Shown in pieces: positions 55,211 to 64,000 of a DNA stretch of 64,000 bases. The DNA comes from Mytilus trossulus (Eukaryota). Made by a program: the position numbers and the translations under genes. Below the pieces are notes generated by a model, which saw nothing but the letters and a program-made list of their open reading frames with translations, was not told where the DNA came from and ran no database searches. Every line of letters begins with the position of its first letter. Position 1 is the stretch's first letter. Location: contig NC_086381.1 in the NCBI RefSeq assembly GCF_036588685.1, positions 50,902,001 through 50,966,000 of the forward strand. The letters are read 5' to 3'.

Positions 55211-55777
55211 AAGGACCGATTTTGGCCTCAAATTTCAGGTTCATTTGACGAAAGATTTTTACCACTTTTTAAACACTGAAGGGTCTATTTCATTTGATTC
55301 AATTAATTAATGTGAAAGATTTTAACTGATTTAATCATTAAAAACTATCCGATTCAAGTTCAAATATGAAAAATCTACCAAATATGGCGAAAAATGTCAC
55401 TTTTCAGATGTTTTTTGACAAAAAAGAGAGTGGCCGCATCCGTGTTCATCCTCAACCTTTATATATGTTATGTATTATCATCAAATACAACTTACATTTC
55501 AATATTAAGGATGAACACGAATGCGGCCACTTCGTTTTACACGGAAACCGTCTAAAATTTAACTAAAAAGCTATAGTTTTGAAGATTTCAGTAATTTAGT
55601 ATGACTTAATGGTGCTACTACTCGACATATGTGCATTTAATAGTCAAAAATAGCCCATATTTATGTAGCAGAAGCATTCTTCTGTCCAATAAACAACTAA
55701 TAGTTTTCATTTTAACAATTTTGTAAAACTGCTATATTTTTGGGCCAAAAAGGGGTCTTACTGAACCTACTCCTTTA
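55210..55777. mobile_element. MITE-like element with internal inverted repeat (gtggccgcatccgtgttcatcct / aggatgaacacgaatgcggccac)
   Basis: Ends in cctactccttt, complementary to the aaaggagta start of a related copy at ~52678-53215. A third decayed copy lies at ~61340-61700. Confidence 0.6.
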
Positions 55778-57044
55778 TCATGTTGGCAATTGAAGTTTAA
55801 GAGTATTATTTTTTAGTTGAATCAAAGATATTTAGCCATCTTTTTTTACGAAGTAAGACCAATTTTTTAAATCTGTAATTAAGTTTGAAATAGCAAATAC
55901 TGTGTAAGGAGTAGAAAAGTAAATTGTCTTCGATGTATTGTAAGCGGATTTAAGGAGAACTCGAATATAAGTTATCGAACAGATCTCTTTAAATTTTAAT
56001 CTGATTCATACCACCCCTGGAGTGGGAAATTTCACAATAAATCTGAAGCCCGGACTTACCGGCTGTTAAAATTGATGTCAGTAGCTTAGTAAGGCGTTGT
56101 TTCGTGAAAAACTTGAAGAACCAGGAGTATAACTTTGTAATGAGACTTTTGCATTTAAGTACTACATGAAGTATCTAATAAAAGAGGAACGGGTTCTTTT
56201 TTGATTAGATTTTTTAATAATACCTTCTTTACCGCATTGCCCAAAATATGATTGATTGATTGATTGATTGGTGTTTAACATCACTTTCAGCAATAGTGTG
56301 TAGCTTGTTTGAATCTAACCTACTTTACACAGTTCTCAAACGAGAGCTTACTTTGGAAGTATATTTATATTCGGTTATAGCTATATTAGCAGGGTTGATT
56401 TTTTTCTTATGTATAACCTCAATCTACTCAAATTTCTTTGTAATATATATACTAGTAGTAACATGGATATCGTTTTTGGGGACCTTTATAGTTTGTTGTT
56501 CAGTGTGAGCCAATGCTCCGTGTTGAAGATCGTACTTTGGCCTATGATGGTTTACTTTTACGAATAGTGACTAAGATGGAGAGTTTTCTTATTGGCACTC
56601 ATACCACGTCTTCTTATATTATTCTGCTCATAATTAGCATTTTACTTTGCAATGGCTACAAAGGTGATAAATTTTAATATATACAGCCTCCTCCATTTAT
56701 AACTACTGTTTCCTTTGAATCTTAAATAAGAAATAAGATAAAACAAAAATTTGCGTTATAACGCAAAGGTTTGCGTTCAACGCAAACATAGGAAGAAAAA
56801 AATATGTGTGGCGCTAATACGCTTCCGTACTATTTTTTGGTTTCAGAATTTTTATTTTGTTTTGTAAATAATCGTATATGAATGTTTAGCCGTTAAAATT
56901 TCAGTTCTCAATATTTCATAAAGATGGATTTTTAAAAGGCTTTTGACATGAACTCGAATAAGAAATTTCCTATCAAGGTTTCATTAATTATAAGTATAAG
57001 TTACATAATCCATAAACTTGATTTGAGTATAATATATATACGGA

Positions 57045-57161
57045 TTAAGTGATATAGATACAATGGATAAGCGTTGATTCTTGAAAAAGAAACCATGAGC
57101 CCGCAGGGCGAATGGTTTGTTTTTCATGAATCAACGCTTATCCATTGTATCTATAACTTAA
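57045..57161. repeat. Near-perfect palindrome (fold-back element) bounded by TTAA
   Basis: tatagatacaatggataagcgttgattc pairs with gaatcaacgcttatccattgtatctata; short GC hairpin at the centre. Confidence 0.75.
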
Positions 57162-59886
57162 ACTATTGTGATAATGTCTTTTCAAAATTAAAGCCTATTC
57201 TTAATTAGAAGGTATTGTAAGTGAGTTTAAATGACCATGTGATCGTGACAAACGGTTCATTACAATAAATTATAAATTTCAATTTTAAATGGTTAAAATA
57301 ACACAAATACTTGTTTTACACAAGACATCTGCCCTTAAAGATTTTCATTTATCAGCAATCTGCAAATTATATGTTTTGATAAAATGAGACATTTTTGATT
57401 TTCTTTCTAAAAAAATTGAGAATGAAAATGAGGAATGTGTCAAAGCCTGGAACAACAACTTGACAAGAAACATATATATAGAGCATATATATAAAGCATG
57501 TATCCGTAATTTTTAACAAGATGTCTTATTCTAGACACATCATGATTTTCTAGCTTAAGAATTTGCGAATACACAGATAAAATCATACTTTATTGATTAA
57601 TAAAACAAAAATGGACACTTGAAAACATTTTCGTTTGAAACATGTGGAATAGCTAACAATGATCCGATTATAAACGACCAAACACGAAACATTTCCACAA
57701 TAACTTAAAAACAAGAAACAAAACAGGAAAACTAGAGAATAGGAACAACAACAAAAACAAAACCAGGATTCGAACCTAAGCCGACAAGGTCTAACTCATT
57801 GAGCATAACCATGAAACCTCGCGGCTACCAACTCATACTATACGATTGCCTATTATTGTATATATAAAGGTGCTAGTCTAGTTGAAGCGTCAAATTAAGG
57901 CAACGGAAAAATCAAGGTTTACTATTTACAAATTGTGACTTGGATGCTTATTGGGGATATCAATCCAGGAAAGTGGAAGGATATCATGTTTACTGAAAGT
58001 GGTGCGGCCTAGTAAAAACAGCAAACAGAAAGTCGAAAAAAATAAATTTTGACTTCAGGGTTATATAACTTTTTATTCTTTGTGGCATAACTTACTTTTT
58101 CGAATTAGATCATAATTTCACATTAGTACATACATATTAAGATGAACATAGAAAAACTTCTTTGTGGTTTCTTTATTTCATTTTCAAAGATCAGCTGTTT
58201 AGCATGTAAGCCTATGGAGCAGTCAATTACAAGACTGCAACCTTTACATTGCTATTGGAATCAATACATAGGTCGAAATTTTGTTTCATATTTTGGTCAT
58301 GATTTGTTTAGAATATGAAAGTTGTTGTGCAATAAAATTGACTTTTAGATAGCCGAAGAATGATATAGCCTTCAAAGTGGGTTTATATGAACATCAAGAT
58401 TGTTCTTTGCGTGTTTTATATGCCTTTTTCTGTTTGGCAGTTTGTATTTTTTTTTTATATCCGTTCCACCCATAGGTCCAGAAATTATTGTAGTGTTTTT
58501 CAATATAAATGTATAAATTTGACCCTTAAAATTTTTAATTAAATAATTAAAATGTTATGGAAAAATTAGGCGAAATGATTTGTTATTGACTTGATAGATA
58601 AATGTCAATGATTTCACTAAAGTTTTTACTCTAATGAATTTGTATTCTTTTTTGGATAACATTTTTGGGACTTTTCTGACATTTTTACCCCTCTTTTTGC
58701 AATATTTTGATTAAAATAAATGAAGATTTTTGCCACGGTTACATCCAAAAGAGATTATATTTCACCATTATAACTATTGGAAATCAAATCTAGGAATGAT
58801 GCGGTTTCCATACATATGCACATATAAAACACAAACATTAAGCCTTATTTTTTGGAGAGCAAGGAAAAGAGGGTGGTTTTGAATTATAAGTGTCAGTTTT
58901 AAGTTTTTTCCTACCTGCGTATTGCTACCATTAAAAAAAAAGTATATACCAAGTACATTCAGTAATACGTCATTTGAGTCATAAATTACGCTTATATGAT
59001 TGATTAATTGTTGCGTGATGAACGCCCAGTGGAAACTATTTCATAAAAATTCAGAACGGTCGCCTATTGAAATCCATGTACCTAAATTTGTTGTTAACTT
59101 TGTAAACTCCTGGGTTCTTTTTAAAGGTTGTTTTCGGTCTTTGTTTAATTTTTTTTTTTATAATTAATATAAAATAAAACAAATCTGAACGGGAGAAATA
59201 AATGCCAAACAAAAAAGAAGAGAGGGGTGCGGAAAGAGGGTCAGGGTTTTTTTTGGGGGGTGGGTTGGGTTGGGGGTATGCAACGCAATCGTTTTTTCCG
59301 GCCTTAGTAAGCACACATCCAAATCGTGATAATTCTGTCAACAACAAAAGTGCAGCCATAAAAATGAATAAATCAACAAAGGGAGGTAAACCTGTCTAAA
59401 TACTTACGTTATCAACATTTAGATGTACGTCAATTAGTTAAAACATTGTTCTTTCTCATAAATCTACTACTTACCGATATTAAACAGCGTTTGATCCTCA
59501 ACATCAAACGATATATATTGACCAATCCCGGCTCTTAAGATCACTAAATAAATATTGTAAAACAAATTTGACACATGCACTTATATCAAGTGACGTGTTC
59601 CCCACAGTAGGTATAGTTTAGAAGGCATTGTTTTTCGTAAGTGTAAATAAAATACATCGTAAATGATTCATTATTTATATCCTTATTTATAGATGAAGAA
59701 TCAAAAGCTTGACCAGCTTTTTGACCAAATACCCCCAGCAACTGTTAAAATAGTCAAAACGTAAACGATTTTGGCTGCTGACAATTGTATTAAAACACCA
59801 GAGCAGAATTTTGATAGTTTATGGTAAACGGTATTGTATGATACTATCCATCGAAAATATATTTGCTTATCTTATCAGACACAAAC

Positions 59887-62442
59887 ATGACAATTTCTAT
59901 ATTAAGTATAGTAATGTGTGCCGTTTCAATTGTTTCATTTATTGGACAGATATTAAGTGTTCGCTATCCAAGATGGTGGACAATAGAATCGACTGTTAAA
60001 AACGTCACGGAAACAGTACATTTCGGGATCTGGGTAACATTAGACTGCTTTAATGGCGCATGTACTGAGAAAAGTTCTAACTCAAATGGAGAAAAGGGTA
60101 AATATCTTAAATTAGTTTGACCACAATGACCCATTTCTAATCGACTCCTACAGAAAAAATCATTTTGAGCTTGCAAAAACCAATAAAGCTATATGTAACT
60201 GCTCCCCTGAGTTTTATCTTCCATTTATTATTTATTTATTTCACCATAAAAAAAGAACCAACATGAATGAACTTGCAAACACTGAAATTTTAATATTCAG
60301 CAGGGTACAACTCCGAATTTTTTAAGGCAGTAAAGAAAAAACCCTAACAAAATAATAATAAAAACCCATAAAAAATGTGAAACAAATGTGTAGCAAACAA
60401 CGTGAACTTTCATTTACATCATACACATTGTTGTGTTACATGTATCTTTTATCAGCAAAACGTTCGGTTTTGGACATTTGAACCAGAAAGAGACAATATA
60501 GTACAGAAATTCATATTGCCACACAAAATGATGATCAGTGAAAAGATATTAATTTAAAGACTGAAAAGAAGACGCAATTAAAATTTCATTCCAAATAAAT
60601 AACTATCAAACATATCTGAAGGTGTTACTACATCGGGAAAAAATTATATAATAAATATAGGAAGATGTGGTGTGAGTGCCAATGAGACAACTCTCCATCC
60701 AAATAACAATTTAAAAAAGTAAACCATTATAGGTCAATGTATGGCCTTTATGAAAACAAATTGCTCTTTTAAAGAACAAGTATGTGAGAGGCTTTAAACT
60801 TAAGCTTTCAACATGTACATTTTGTTGAACTAAGCTGGTTCAATCTAAGTCACTAATAATAGTTAACAAAATAATTAATTTCAGCTTGGCTTGAAGGAGT
60901 TAAAGTAGTTGAAGTTTTCGCCGTAATATTCTTGTTTTCCTCCTCTGTCATTTCTGCTTTGACGATAGCATTGAGAAAAAGGCCGGCGAGAGTTTTGTTA
61001 TTATGGAAATTATTCACAGCTTTCAGTGGAGCAGCAGGTACATTTATTATCTACTTACTAAATTCCCTACGGTGTATTCTCTAAACTTTGTATTCTGAAG
61101 CAAATTATGCTTTCAAAACATCAATTTTGAGTTTTGGAATTTAACTGCTTTTTGTAACCTCAATTCTGCTACAATGTTTCTACAATGTAGTTACCAATCA
61201 AATCACTTTTATTGGTGAAGTCTAATGTTTGCGACTGTGACGCTGGCAAAGGAGAAGATCCGGATGATATTTTTTAAACGCTAAAGTGTTTTCTTCAGTT
61301 GATTCGTTTAGTTTATGTAATAGATTTGAAATGATTTGGCCATTAAAGACGCATAAATTCAAACTAAGATATGAAATTTTATCAAATATGCCTCAAAACG
61401 TCACTTTTGAGATGGTTTTTGTTTAAAATAGAAGTGGCCGCAAACTGAATACAAGTGCGACCACTTCCATTTTAGACAAAAATCGTCTAAATAAGCACAA
61501 ATGCTAAGATTGTGAAGATTTTAGGAGGTTTTCATGAATATTAATGATATTAGTACCTGATGAATATGCAGTGTAATGTCAAAACAACCCATATTTATGT
61601 AACAAGCCTTCTTCTTTCCAATAAATAATTAAAGTTTACATTTTCAACAAAAGTTTTGAAATGCACAATTTTGGAGCAAAATGTGGGTCTTATCGTGTCT
61701 ACTCCAACAATTATGTACAAAATAACAACTTGTACAACAATTATGTACAAAATAACAACTTGTACAACAATTATGTACAAAATAACAACTTGTACAACAA
61801 TTATGTTCAAAATAACAACTTGTACACAACATATCATGCATATTTATTAATCATTATTAATATTAAAACAAAAATTCGTCAAAACAATTAATATCAATTA
61901 ATGATATCCTAAATTAAATTAGCATGCATGTGTTCCTCTTTTGAGAAAGATTGCAGGCTATATACAGAAAAATGCATGCTAATTTAATTTGGGATATCAT
62001 TGAATAGATGTCAATTGTTTTGACGAATTTGTTATTTGCTTCATTCGTTAAGAGTGACCAATGATATTATATCAAACAGTTTAATGTACACATTTTTGAT
62101 TGTATGGTAACTTTATTCGGTAATTCATGTATCTTTACGCAGACTTTAAACGTTTTGTTTTTTGCAGGGACAGTTATCATAATGGGAGTTTTGATATTTT
62201 TTAAAAAGAAAGCTGGTCTGTCTCCATCGCAAGCCATATCAACGAAAGACGGAATAGCTGATTGGTCGATGATAGTATCGTCTATTTGCGGTGTTTTGTC
62301 AATCGTTTGCAGCGTTTTTATTGGTTGTAAACTTATAATGAAAGACTCTGACATGGATGATGAAACTGATTATTCAAAATGGCATGATAGTATTAAATCT
62401 AAAGAAGAAAGCAAAAAGAAAAAGGAATTATCCAAATTTTAG
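59887..62442 (+). CDS. Claudin/PMP22/EMP-like four-transmembrane protein, ~212 aa, 3 coding exons
   Basis: Exons 59887-60097 (TM1, PRWW...HFGIW..C....C claudin ECL1 signature), 60885-61037 (AWLEGVKVVEVFAVIF..., TM2/3) and 62168-62442 (TM3/4, charged tail). Phases 1/1 join in frame with GT-AG sites. Confidence 0.82.
61705..61826. repeat. 30-bp tandem repeat, 4 copies, in intron 2 of the tetraspan gene
   Basis: caacaattatgtacaaaataacaacttgta repeated with period 30. Confidence 0.9.
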
Positions 62443-64000
62443 TGTTTTTGTAGTTACTGTGCACTTTTCTGATCACAACTGTTTCTCAGTGTTTTTGTAC
62501 GAATAATTTCAGGAAATGGAATAATTTTAATCAACAATGAGTGTGTGTTATATTGTGGGAAAGGTTAAAAAACATCAAATGTGATTGTTTTCTGAGTTGT
62601 TTATTTTGTTTGCGACATCATATGTTAACAGTCGATACACAATAAAAATGTTGTGTTCCAGTAAATCAAGCAGTTACTGTTTCTATTCAGCGTTTATTTT
62701 GTGATTGTATGTGATGTTTATATCGGTAAAATCTTGTCTTTCCCTTGTCGCGTAAAATATCTCTCAATTTCAAAATTTCACATTCGGATATGTTTCAGGG
62801 ATAGAATTGAATCAGTGTGGTCTTAGGGTTTAAAAATAGTCAACTACCAATCCGCTATCGCATGATTCCCAATCACTTGATATAACTACCAATCTATTGT
62901 TTAGACGGGTATCACATGTAGAGCAGGATCTGCTTACGCATCCGGAGCACCTAATACCACAATGGTATTGCATTGGTTGAGTTTGTAATGTTCATTCTTT
63001 AGTTTAACATGTTTTGTTTGTATACTGTTGTTCACCTTTTCGTTGTAATTCGTGTTTTGTCAGTTGTTTCCAACTTATGAATTTTAATATACCTTTTATA
63101 TCGTTCTTCTCTCTTTTAATTATTTTCTCTTTCTAGATGTTCTATTATTCTATTATCAACCAGATTTCAGAAAGAAAATCGGTTACAGATTTTGGAATGT
63201 ACGGCGGGCTGATGGGTAATTCAGACATCCGGGCGGGTGGCTGCCAAACACTGTCTGTACATTTGAATTGTTTTACATTAGTCGTTTCAAGGCCTTTTAT
63301 AGCTGACTATGCGGTATGGGTTTTGCTCGTTATTAAAGGCCGCACGGTGACCTATATTTGTTTATTTCTGTGTCATTTAGTCTCTTGTGGAAAGTAGTTT
63401 CATTAACAATTATACCACATATTCATTTTATATTTATTTACTCAAAACTAAAAGGATCAGACACAAATAAAACATACATATATACGACATAGATTTTACA
63501 ACTAAACTAAAAAGGAATACTGAAAAAAGACGAGGGAACGAAGAAAGAACGACAGAGATTACGTTGATGATGATAATGATGATGAGATGCGTTTTACCTA
63601 TGTATAGGAATCGTTTTGATCTCTTTATAAAATTGAATATTTCAGTAGTCAGGAGCCTCTGGCCTTTGTTAGTCTTGTGTGATTTTTAATTTTAGTTTCT
63701 TGTGTATAATTCGGAGTTTAGTAAGACGTCCATTACCACTAAACTACTATACATATTTGTTTAGAGGCCAGCTGAAGAGAGTGCGAGAGTTTCTTGCTAC
63801 ATTGTAGACCCGTTGGTAGACTTTTGTCTGCTATATGGTCGGGTTTTTGCCGCTTTGACACATTCCCCATTTCTATTCTCAGTTTTATTGTTTAACAATT
63901 TTAACATTTTGATCACAAAAAAAACTTTCTTTTTCAAAAACCAAAATCGCAGCATTCAGGATCCAACTGAGACTACTAAACATAACAGCTCTTTCATTTA

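Noticed and set aside
61595-61891. Cys-rich and Asn-rich repetitive ORFs (CCTSCYFVHN, NNNLYNNYVQ)
   Set aside because: These are translations of a 30-bp intronic tandem repeat that is open in several frames on both strands.

Overview
AT-rich eukaryotic (invertebrate) genomic DNA with spliced genes. The repeat families and precursor architecture suggest a mytilid mussel (inference). The window holds: (1) three paralogous genes (8192-10402 +, 18596-20992 +, 46071-49953 -) for a secreted precursor built as signal peptide / ~33-aa nearly neutral beta-hairpin-like peptide ending in Phe / KR cleavage site / two-EF-hand pro-domain, all with a conserved kB-Ets-TATA promoter and a non-coding first exon; the two + copies sit in a recent ~10.4-kb tandem duplication; (2) a PAN/apple + Cys-rich + F-type lectin gene (22914-31771 -) and its pseudogenised tandem paralog (36429-42612 -); (3) a claudin/PMP22-like tetraspan gene (59887-62442 +); (4) many interspersed repeats, including minimal hammerhead-ribozyme (retrozyme-type) repeats, a Penelope-like RT remnant, a tRNA-derived SINE, fold-back MITEs and a 28/29-bp minisatellite. 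The best candidate for an undescribed system is the EF-hand-prodomain peptide family, whose released peptide would end in an amphipathic beta-strand with a terminal Phe, resembling the bacterial outer-membrane-protein beta-signal. All exon structures were read by eye and no searches were run.
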